This document shows positions 15,211-26,700 of a stretch of 64,000 nt of DNA, piece after piece (the stretch's first letter is position 1; each line of letters begins with the position of its first letter). The stretch is taken from the NCBI RefSeq assembly GCF_032062105.1, contig NW_026936106.1, positions 1 through 64,000 on the forward strand. Direction: 5' to 3'. The stretch is from Saccostrea cucullata. Taxonomy: Eukaryota. The translations under genes and the position numbers were made by a program. The notes under the pieces are model-generated. The model was not told the origin of the DNA. It searched no databases and saw only the letters and a program-made list of their open reading frames with translations.

Positions 15211-15836
15211 TTCATGAGAAAAAAAAAGAAAAAAATATCACAAGTACCTGTGGTTTACCACAAGAGCAATCTGGATTATCAATGAATTATTGCGTTTGAA
15301 TAAGTCTTGGTTCAATGCACAGTTGTGCCTTAATTTAGTATGAATAATGTTAGTGATTCGTTTTCCAAACAAAAAAATAAGAGGTGCTTTTCGATTATTA
15401 TCACTTATAATCTTGCAAAAAGAATTGACTGAGCTGGCTTCTCTTGTATTTGTACATTCTCTGTACAATTAAACCTTGTAACTACATACATGTATTTCAT
15501 TTGCACGCTCAATATTCATGCAATTATATATTTATTTCAACGGCATCGGTATTTTTTTTTTACGAAATGAAGAGATAATGAAACAATATACAGGTTAATG
15601 ACAATTTAAGAGCATGTCTCTTCTACTAATCTTTTATTTCTTCATATTGACCTTATGGCATACATGTTTTAAAAGACTTGCAAGCTTTATATGAGAGAAT
15701 ACTCTGACAAACATTTCTTTTAAATGTCAGTCGACTTTAAGTTAATTCGCATTACGATATGTCGATGGGAAGTTTACTCCAGGATATCTCATCCTTCCTC
15801 GGGTGTGTAAAATTGTTTTTTTTTATTTCAGGAATT

Positions 15837-16055
15837 ATGGACGCTAGATATATTGTCCTGGTTCTGATTGTCGCCAATGCTATCTATGACCTCTCAAGTT
15901 GTGGGACCGCCAGAAGTAGAAGAAATACCAGAGTGATACCCTCTTCCCTTCTTCCTCGATTTCTTTCTGTTGCCAGATCATTGAAGAATCTGAACATTAA
16001 AAACACTTGGACACTATCCAGATATTTAAAATGGCGTGCAATGTTTTGGAAATGA
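15837..16055 (+). CDS. Putative secreted cationic peptide precursor (72 aa: signal peptide, RSRR site, 43-aa Arg/Lys/Trp-rich peptide)
   Basis: Strong acceptor ttttttttatttcag|gaattATG; hydrophobic N-terminus YIVLVLIVANAI; furin-type RSRR; AATAAA about 10 nt after the stop; possible TATA (14029) and non-coding exon donor (14217) upstream. Confidence 0.55.
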   Translation: MDARYIVLVLIVANAIYDLSSCGTARSRRNTRVIPSSLLPRFLSVARSLKNLNIKNTWTLSRYLKWRAMFWK

Positions 16056-16124
16056 GGAAATGAAATAAAATTATTGTACAAAAAAAGATTTTATTTATTC
16101 TAGATGGTTTATACGCATTTGATG

Positions 16125-16735
16125 ACATATCCTAGTGAGTTTGAGATAAAAGATACCACAGAGTCTGACACATATGTTTCATACTTGGATATTTTACTTG
16201 AAAAAAGATGTTAATGGTAATTTAACAACCAATCTCTATGACAAACGTGATGACTTTAACTTTTCTATCGTCAACTTCCCTTATTTATGCAGCAATATAC
16301 CTTCATCACCTGCATACGGAGTTTATAGATCTCAGTTGATTCGATACGCAAGAAAATGCTCTACGTATGAACAATTTCTAAAACGGGGTAAATTATTGAC
16401 AAACTAGTTGATGAAACAAGACGTGCAGTCTCGTTTAAAGTCATCATTTCATTAGTTCTATGGTCGATACAATGGCCTTGTCAGCAAATATGATTTATCA
16501 TTGAGTCAAATGCTGACTGACGTTTTTCATACTAATTGTTAGGTCATTATTTATATACTAAATTGACGACGGATTTTCCCGTTATTTCCCGATCATGACA
16601 AGAAGTACACGGCGGGCGTGACCGGTCGGCAGGGGATGCTCACTCCTCCATGGCACCTGATACCACCTCCGATGTTTTGGAGGTCCTTGTGTGCTCTGCT
16701 CCTATTTTGTATTGTTTTATGTACTTTGATCTTGT
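16125..16735 (+). mobile_element. 5'-truncated Penelope-like retroelement (same family as 11175-11885)
   Basis: LYDKRDDFNFSIVNFPYLCSNIPSSPAYGVY.SQLIRYAR; high nucleotide similarity to the 11.2-kb copy. Confidence 0.85.
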
Positions 16736-16743
16736 CTGAATAA

Positions 16744-17018
16744 TGACTGAAACAACTAAATGGTGACTGAAACAACTGAATCGTGACTGCACTAACTAAA
16801 TGGTGGTTGAATCAACTACTGTGTAAATGGTCATTGAAACAACTGAAAGGTGACTGAAACAACTGAAAGGTGACTGAAACAACTGAAAGGTGACTGAAAC
16901 AACTGAAAGGTGACTGAAGCAACTAAAAGTTGACTGAAACAACTGAGAGTTGACTGAAACAACTGAAAGGTGACTGAAACGACTAAAAGGTGACTGAAAC
17001 AACTGAATGGTGACTGAA
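16744..17018. repeat. 20-bp minisatellite (ggtgactgaaacaactgaaa), about 13-14 units
   Basis: Directly visible tandem repeat; explains ORFs 16796-17037. Confidence 0.9.
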
Positions 17019-17608
17019 AGTTTTGCCATTTAACCACGGTGACCTTTCTATTGTCTTATAGTCGGCGTGGTAGACCTTCATCCAGTGATTTGGACTCACT
17101 CAATTCCCCGTTTTCATCCCTGGGTTTGACTTTCCCCCCACTCATCACATTAGTTCTTAATTGTTTAAAGTGTATACCATTATAAAAATCTGTAAAAACT
17201 TCAAATCAGTCTTTCGATACACATGATACAAGAAATGACCTAGTATTTAATTTGAAAGTAATACAAAATTGAAGTGAAGCAAAAGAAAAATAAAGATTAG
17301 TTTTCAATTAAAATTTGTATATATACAAATTTTAATCGAAGAATTCAACTTTTTGTAGAGGACAGTAGGTAGACCTGTGGGAAAATTTTAGTTTTCTTCA
17401 GAATTTGTCAACATATTTGTTGACGGCATAAGAGGAATAAAAAGAAAAAAAAACGTGTCCAGGAATGTAGAAAAAAAAGTTTTGAGTCGGCTCATTTTTA
17501 TTCAGTCGGTCGGGAGAAGGCAATCCAAGCATTTTTAGTTTAAAGTTGGCTTGATCGAGATAAACTTTTCAGCTCGAGTCGGGTTCGACAGTCATAAAAT
17601 TATTATAC

Positions 17609-17660
17609 GCGGGAAATCTGAGTTACGAAACAAAAACAGACGTGTGATAACTTCTATTGG
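17609..17660 (+). promoter_or_regulatory. Candidate NEIL3 promoter elements: E2F-like GCGGGAAA (17609-17616) and inverted CCAAT (17656-17660)
   Basis: Motifs 20-75 bp upstream of the ATG in a locally CpG-richer stretch. Confidence 0.35.
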
Positions 17661-17681
17661 CCTGATCCGGATACTACCAGA

Positions 17682-17780
17682 ATGGTCGAGGGCCCAGGTT
17701 GTAAACTTAAAGGAGAGAAAATAAAATCTAAGCTTATGAATCAGACAGTGAAATCGGTCTCTGGAAACGCTGTGGAAAGG
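17682..17780 (+). CDS. NEIL3: NEIL3 exon 1 (MVEGPGCKLKGEKI...)
   Basis: ATG at 17682, donor gtaaga at 17781. Confidence 0.92.
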
Positions 17781-20700
17781 GTAAGACTTCTGAACAGCTG
17801 CCGAATACTTGAACGATAACACAAATACTTGTGGACAGGACCCCCCCCCCCCCCTATACACCCCTGGATTTTTTTTTTTGGAACGTTTTTGGATCACTTC
17901 CGTAATTCCTGGTTTGACATTTCCAAATTTTCACGTTTGAGGCTAAATAGTGGAATAATTGAGGAATGTCTGGGCAATAGATATTAAATGGCACGATTGT
18001 CGATTAAACAGTGTGAAAGACAAAAATATATATCGAAACAAGGTATGACACATTTTGGTGACATGTAGGTAAATGATATTTTAGGCCCGATATTCAAGAG
18101 GGGTCCAATGTAAACAAACCGAAGTGACTTACCTTCTCTATTTCATAATACCAGGGTGACTTTTTTAGTAAATCGTCAAATCTATGTTATTTTTTGGATT
18201 TTTTATATGGAATACGTTGTATATAAGTACTAGTAACATAATTCATGACAAAAAAAAGAAAAAAAAATATTTTGACCAGGGGTGTATCTCGGGTACTTAT
18301 TGGCTTAGAATCGTCAAACTTTGTCAGTTGATGCACCTTGGGTTTTCGGAGAATGTCAACCCAACAGTAGGTCACGGTGACTTACTTTTGAATATTTCAG
18401 GTACTTATTGGCTTAGAATCATCAAGCTTTGTTAATTAATGTCCTCAGAAAATTTCAATCAAAAAGTAGGTCACCGTGACCTACTTATGGTATTTTTCTA
18501 GCTATATTTAAATATCTTCAGTCCTAACTAGTAACTAGCTTAGAATCATCAAACTTTGTCAGTTGATGCATCAAGGGTCGTGGGATACTTAGAGTAGTTC
18601 AAGGCTTCAAATAGAAGTGCTAGATTGTACAATTTATCAGAAGAGCGACTGAAGGCCCTTGGGCCTCTTGTGTTATACCTAAACAATCAGAGGTGAAATC
18701 TTTATTCTTTTTTAACCAGATCAGGAAATAGTAAATTTATGATTTCCCTCTGCAGGAAACTATTTCCCTTGGCGGCTTTGATGCCTCGGGAAATAGTTTC
18801 CTCCCTCGGGGAACCATAAATTTGCTATTTCCCTCGTATCCCTTCCATATATGCATGCCTGGTATAATTTTATAAATGCATTATCATCATTCTATACCTG
18901 AATTATGCTGGGAAAAAGTGATAATGTTAATTGGTAACAAAAATAATTTTTCCTTAGAAGTTTTTGACTTACCGACACATTCCCTGGTATATTTCTGCTC
19001 CTATCAGACATCTATGATGTAAAAGTAAGCATTTGGCATGCTGAAATTCAACATGGGTATATCAAGCAAGAAGCATGATAAAACTATTTTGGAGTATTTG
19101 AACATAATTATAAGATTTAGAAAATCAAGAAAGACAAATGAATTTTATTAAAATGCTCTGACATTTTTAACAGAGCCCTTTAAGAAATAAACTGATGCCT
19201 CATTCAGTGAATTTCAAGATTTATACATCTATCATCAGAAAATCAAGGTTTCTTTCTTAAATGTATCTTTTACCAGGAGAAAAAGCCCAAGAAAGGTAAA
19301 ACAGACTCGCAGTTTGATGTGCTCATAGGAAAAACACTGACTAAAGTTCAGACTCTTGGGAAGGAGCTTTTTATGTACTTTGGAGACATATGTTTAAGGT
19401 AAAAAACTCAAAGACATGAAAGCAGTCTTCCTCATCCTTAGAAAATAAATGAGAAGTATGCCCAGAAGTATTGTTAATTAAAAATTAATCAATCACAATT
19501 TAAATTTGGAAGCAAAAAAAATGTTTTTAGTCTTATTTTTTTAATTTCATTTATTTTTGACTGGCATTTAATGATCAAGTTAAAATTTGTCCTATTCTGA
19601 GGAGGAGACATGTCCCATTTTCTTCAACAGGGTTCATTTTCTGATGGCAGGGTCATTTCGTGTAAATGGACAGGCCCTGGACAAAGATTATGGGAAACTG
19701 ACTGAGACGCCTTCCTTACAAGTGGATTTTTCAACAGATGTACTGACTTTTTACAAGTCTGCAGTACAAATCAGGTGGGAATCTACAACCGATTAAATTT
19801 AAAGTAGTTCTATATTTGCACTACGTCACTGACAATTTTAAAAGAAAATAGTGTACAGTGCATAGATTTAAAACATATGATACAGTAATTGCTAAAAAAC
19901 ATTACTAGTTTGTGATTTTGACAAATGGTATTATGTATTGAGTTTCTGGGATTCTTTCTGTATAATCATATTAAAATGGTATCTATCAATTTGGAAATGT
20001 GAACTTGGAAAATTTGCAAAAATACAGCTTTGTTGTACTGCAATTGCAATGAACTTGAAAATATTATTTTTTATAAATATACTGTGGTCAGATTTAATTG
20101 AAAGAAAACAAAATCAACTAAAACATCCATTTACTTTCCAACTTTTTGATCTCTCAAAATCTGTTGACAGAGAATCAGACTCTTGCTGCACCAGGTATGA
20201 TAACCTTCATGACCTTGACATTTGCTCCCCAGTATTTAACCACCAGAGGGCCGTAACCTTGGTGATGGAGCAGTGTGATCGCCAGGTGTGTGATGTACTG
20301 CTGGATCAGACCATCCTCCCAGGGGTCGGAAATATCATAAAAAATGAGGTACTGGATTGATTGAATGTATGTTGTTTAACATCACTCTAAAGAATTTTTC
20401 ACTCATGTGGAGATACCTCCACATGCCAGTGGAGAGATGCAAATTTTGTCTTATGCTCGGCACTCAGGAGCATAGAGCAGTGATTTTGTTTTTTCGTGCC
20501 AGCACCTATGAAATAAGTATTATTTATACCCTTCTAGATATCATGACTTAATATTGTTAAAAGGGAATTGTATGTACGTTGTAAACTGACTTATCCTTAA
20601 TGGGCATAATAAAAAATATGAAAACGTGTGATCTTTGGAAAGAGAAACTCCATCACATATTGTGATATTCACAGACTTGATTTACAAATTTTGCTTACCT

Positions 20701-23700
20701 AGAAGAATAGAGATTTCAAATTTTGTACTCATTGAAAATTTGAATTTATTTTCTTCGTTGATAAGCATTTTTTCTCTCTTTGCTCAACACTTATCTTGAT
20801 TGATACACTGCTCTTCATTAAGTTTGTTAAATCTTATACTTTCACACGGACATTAGAGCTTAATACATTTTTTTTATTACTCAGTTTTATACTACATATT
20901 ATAAAGTATTTAAAGCAATATGAGCTGTATTTTTGAGAATTTTATTTTGCTGGTAAAAGGTGTTATTATGATTAATGTGTATGTAATCTAAACCCTTATG
21001 ATCAATAAAACCAAAACAAAGTTTAAAAACGTTTCAGAGGAAATATTCCTGCACAACCGAATATACAGCATTATATAAGAAATCATTATTGTACAGGACA
21101 ACAATAATTCAATTTGGCTTCAATCAAAGCATATTAAAAGTTCTTTTATCGCAAATATGAACAACAGAGGTTTATAAATGTTCTATTTTTCTGTCATTGA
21201 AATAGTTAATTACAAATTTGCAACATTTTTCCCAGGTGTCAAACATGCTGCTCATTTTGCTTTAAGCAGTGGTACCCTTCAATTGCATTACAATGGCCTT
21301 TACTTTCTCATTTTTCTACAGTACAGTATTTAGACACTTTTATATTTTACAAAGGAGGGAACATTTTATTTCTCTTTTTTAAAATAATAGAGACATTCCA
21401 ATTCCATATAAAAGCAAACATTTATATAAATGACTTGAAACATTTATTTTTCATTTTACTATGTAGGCATTATTTGACAGTGGTATCAAACCAAATTCAA
21501 AGGTAAGGAATGACTTAAATTACTAGATGAAACACTTTTCTGTTCATTTTTTAAAGCAATATTCTTATTTCTTTAGTACCAGGTATTCAATTTCTTCTCT
21601 TGGGTCAGATAAGTTTTCAGGAACTGAAATTAAGATGCAAAGGAAAATGTTTGTAAGAGGCTTACATCTACATAATTAGTTTAAGAGAACATTCATTTCA
21701 TTACCAAGTATACATTTTATAATTAACTTTAAAAACTGAGATTAAGGTTGAGCATTTCTATTTTCAGGTCCAGGAACTTTCTAAGGAGCTGATTTCACAC
21801 CTTGTAAAAATGACAAGAGATTTTTCACTTATTTTCTACAAGGTGGGATTAAAGTGTCTGTTATTCTCAAAATTCTGATGTGATCTTTATTTCTGAATGT
21901 GTACAATGTCATTACAAACTAATGCTTATATTAATTATCAATTTTTTGGTTATATAAAAAGTGAAATAATGCATTGAAATAAACAGTTTCTAGTTTAATA
22001 AATCATGAAATTTAAGATTTCAAATATTTGCATGGTCTATATAATGATATACAGCTAAATAACAATTATAGCTAGGCTGAATTCAATATGAGCAAGGTGA
22101 CAGAACTTGAATATTTGCTTGTAAAGAAGTAAAAAGTTCCTAAAAAATTTACCATAAAACATTGTTTTTGCTAACATTGTGTTAAAAAAAAAAATTTTGA
22201 TCTGTCTAAATGATGTCTTGGGAAAAAAAATTTGCCAATCAATTGATTACTATCAGATCATCCTCAAAATTTCCTGAAATTTACACTACATCCTGTTCTT
22301 TGAAAATAAATCAATTCCTTTAATTAGTGTAGAAAAACAGGCACCAATTTGAACCAGTATATGAAGATATACAACAAGCGGAAGTGTAGCCAGTGTGAAG
22401 GGAAAGTGACAATAACTCGTACGGGAGAAGACAGTGAACGGATGACCCACTATTGCCCTATTTGTCAGACCAACACACTGAAATCAACTGTCAAGTGAGT
22501 AGTGGATGTTGTTTATTGTGGTAGGGCACATTAAAATGAGGCCGGCATTAAAAATATCTTTGTTTCCCCTAACCCGACCCTAAATTCTCAAGTTGGGTCG
22601 GTAGGTAGGTAAACAATTTTATTTTCTGACAGCAGTTTTGAAAATACAGACTAAAATTTAATAGAAAATTACCTTTATAAATAAGAAAAATACAAAAGAA
22701 AGCTATTTGTGATCAAAATGCTAAGTATCATACATATGCCGTTTCAAAGCAAAATTCATGATTAATTAATTCACAACTGTTATTAAGTTGAACTTGTGAA
22801 ATATCTCACGGCATTACATTTAAATAAATTGAATAAAATAGACAAGATTCTCAAATATGCAAAGACCAGACATACGAGTATATTTTTTCAAACCTTCCAT
22901 CGGCCTTCAGAGCTTATAGATGATCAATGTACTTTTTGAGGCAATGAGATTTGCAGTGGTTCTGGAGCATTTTGCTTTGGAGTAAAGAAATAAGTGGCTA
23001 ATTTTAAATCGCAGGTTCAAGTCCCAATGAGTTACGTTGAAAACGATCCTTCAAAGGGGACTATTAAAATTTATGTCCAGTGTCCCAGAAGCTGCTGACT
23101 CAAAAAAGATCCCCTACTTCTTAATGGCAAAAAAAGTGCTGAGTACGTCTAACTTTGGAGCAGTGGGGAAATGTTTAAATGTCGTCCTAACAAATCTCGA
23201 AGGGATTAAAAGCAAAGAAATAACCAATCTTCAAGGGCATAATTAGAGAAAAATACACTGGACGTCTCAGGAAGCTGAATCCTAATTTCAAAACTATCTG
23301 GAAAGAGTATGTTAACAATATTTAATTGAACCAACCCGAATCTACAAATGATAAAAATGCTATATACAATGTCATAGTCACGAAGTTTAACCAATGAATA
23401 ACGGCAGGAAGAAAGGACATCTGAATTATATTTATCAGGTTGAATATGCAGGCATATTTACAACAACTCCTATAGTTCCATAATGGCATATAGTAAACAT
23501 AGGAACATAGATGAACTGGTTATTAGATCAAACTCAAATTAAATAAAATGCAGTGAAAATGAATGATGTGTTCACTAGGTGGGCCCCTCATCTACTCATG
23601 AGGCGGGCCTTACCATGTATTATGCACCTTAAATTCAAAGACAGATTTGTTTGTTTGTTTGTTGTTTAACGTCCCTTTCAAAAAATTATTCGCTCACATG

Positions 23701-26700
23701 GAGACGCCAAGCCACCTCCGAAACACCCTTAATTAATCATGATAAATATTATCGAAATGTTTCAAGAGTGAAGAATTCAAATTAGCTAAAAGCATACGAT
23801 TGAGACGTCGCCATTGTTTTATGAAGAGTTAATGGCCTGTAATCACATCTGGACGTCATTTTGTTTTCAACAAATGCTTGAAAATCACAGTAGAACAATG
23901 TCGGCCGTTCTGATAAAAGCTGATTTTGATGAAATTGTATTTTATAAAACTTGGTTAACAATAAAAATAATATTTGCATCATCTTATTCAAAAAATCTTT
24001 TCAGTCGGTGCAATTTAATTGGGTCGGTCGCGAAACAAAGGTATTTTTTATTTTGGCCTGAAAGATATTTCTGACTCAGCTTATTTTTTAGCTCATGTGA
24101 GCTTTTCCCCCTCTCTCCTTCTTTGCCTCATGTATACCTTTTCTATATGAAAACTCAAATATGCACATTGTCATATACATTTGACAGAATTCATCCATCT
24201 AAAAACAGTCTGCTGGGATGGGTTCAGACAGCCAATCAGAAAGCAGAGGAAGATTCAGCCAATCAGAGAGCAGAAGGAAACACAGCCAATCAGAAACCAG
24301 AGGATGACTGGACTTGTGAAGTTTGCACACTGATAAACAAAGGGGCACATCTCAGTTGTGAGGCCTGTCAAACAGAAAGAAAATGGGAAATTTCTGGTAA
24401 GGTTTTGATCTTAAAGAAATTCAATTAGTACTCTTTTTATTTTTTAGCTCACCTCAACAAAGTTGGGGGAGCTTATGTAATACCCTCGGCGTCGGTGTTG
24501 GCGTCCCAGGTTAAGGTTAAGTTTTTTGGAGCAGTTTTCTTTTTAAGTACTTCTATGTCCTATATTGATTAGACAATCATGGAAGATGTTTCTAGTGTGT
24601 TTCATTGTACCAGACGTCGCACACAAAATTGGGGCTGATTTTGTAATGTCAAAATATACTTTTCTGACATTGTTGCCTATGTAAAAACATCTAAAATATA
24701 AGGGGTAACAAATTCGACTAGACATTCAATTTTTCCTCCCGTTTTCCTAAAAATGTCTTACTTTTTAGTGTTTCTTTCAATACAAAATTTTATTTATTTG
24801 CACATTTGAAAAAAAATATTTTATCTGTTAAAAGTTTTCCCAGTAAATAGAAAATACATCTTATATTGGTGCTATACGCCCGATTAAAGACTATCATACG
24901 CATATTTACGCCGTAGTAACAAAACCGACTAGACATTGAAATTGCTCTATTAAACTCTCTTACTACTTGCTTATAATTTTTTAAAGAAACATTTGACAAC
25001 TTCTTAATATGCACATTTCATTTATCAACATAGGTTCACGAAAAGAATCTATTTTTAAGTGAAAAATCTTTACCAAACATTCCATCTGTTATTGTTACTT
25101 GTCAAGATCACAGCGTATTACGGAATGTTTTCAATTTTTGACAGTCGAAATCGGCCAATAAATTGGAAAATTATGAATGAGTGTTGTGTGACATCATCAC
25201 AGGACATTATAGAAGCATCGTACAAATTGGCAGAGAAATCCATGTAGCCAAAACGATATAATGACCAAAAGTACAAAAGCCCGTCTTTAACAGTGTTACA
25301 ATTTACGCAATTTCAAGCCCCAATACTATGCGCGACGTGACCAGTCAAAGTTTCAGATGCTGCATTTTCAGGGAAGGAATGACCAGGTTTATGTTTTTGG
25401 AGCAGGTTAACATTTTTGGTGCAGTTTTTGGTGTAGGTCTCATTCAAAGGAACTATACAGGTGTCACAACAGTATTAATTTCTGCTATATATTCTTACCA
25501 AAAATGCGCAAGTTTGAGCAGATGTAACTAATTCAAAACAAACTTCTGAGAAGTTTCCTTTTCAGATCTTGTAAAACCATTCTTTATAAAGATTTTAGTA
25601 CCAAAAAATACATAGCCATCCAGCAAGGCACGCAAGTTTGTTTCGGTCGAAGTCGAGCAGGTGCTTGAAAATCTAGTCCAGGGCCTAATCACTCCCCACT
25701 CTTGACAGTATACAGAAAAATCAGCAAGCCCTAAATTTTAATAAATCTGGTCAATACAGGAAGTTTACATGTTGTTTTTCATCTCATAAAAAAATTCAGC
25801 TCCAGTCTCGTATCAAAATGCCCGAATCGGAAGGGAAGATTCTGGGATTATTTTTCGTCAGCCATGATTTGACGTGAACCAAAGTGTAATACTGTTATGA
25901 CACCTGCAATTAAACTTTAATTTTTGCCTTGCCGCTATTTTGCTATTTTCCCGATCTATGATGATTATTTAATGTATTTACCAAGTTTCATAAAAATCCG
26001 TCCCAAGATAGGAAAATTACGGGCAAAACTCTGTGACAGGGGGCTTCGCGGTGGACACGGATTTCTAAAAATATGGCAAAAGTTGAACTGTATGTAATGA
26101 TCTTGCGCGTTAAACTTGTGCGGTTTTTTCGTTTTAATTTTTCAATGGATGCATACTGATTCACATGAGGATGAAAAACTGTTCAAAATAAGTTTGGTTT
26201 TTATAACAGGGCGATAGAAATAGTTTTTGTCATAAGGTTGGGGGGTGGGGTTAAAAAGGGCATTGAAAAAATAAATATAATTGAAATATTAAGGTGTTTT
26301 CTGCTTAATTACAATTGATTTGCCTCAATAATTATTTTTCCCGACCGGATTTCTTTATCTGTTACCAATGTGTTCCAAATAAACCGATTTTTACACATAT
26401 TCAGAATTTTTATTTTGCTCCGAGTGTGGTCTAAATTTTTTAAATTCATAGATTTTAAAATTATTTATGAGTAAATAATGTTAACGAGTGTGATGGCAAG
26501 GTATCTTTTAAGCTGTCCTCTAAATTTCATGCATTTCTCTCAACCCGATACATCCAAATCAGGCCGTGGTGTGGCCAACATAATTTGTTTTAGAGGAAAT
26601 CTGGACTAATTTTCTATGCTCCATTAAAAATGAACGAACAGCGATGACGGCCGAAAAATGCCATTATTTCTCATTTTTCGTCTAAACTCACAAAATAAAA

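Noticed and set aside
16744-17018. CRISPR-like repeat, or coding ORFs 16796-17037
   Set aside because: Contiguous 20-bp units without unique spacers in eukaryotic DNA; the ORFs are by-products of the repeat.
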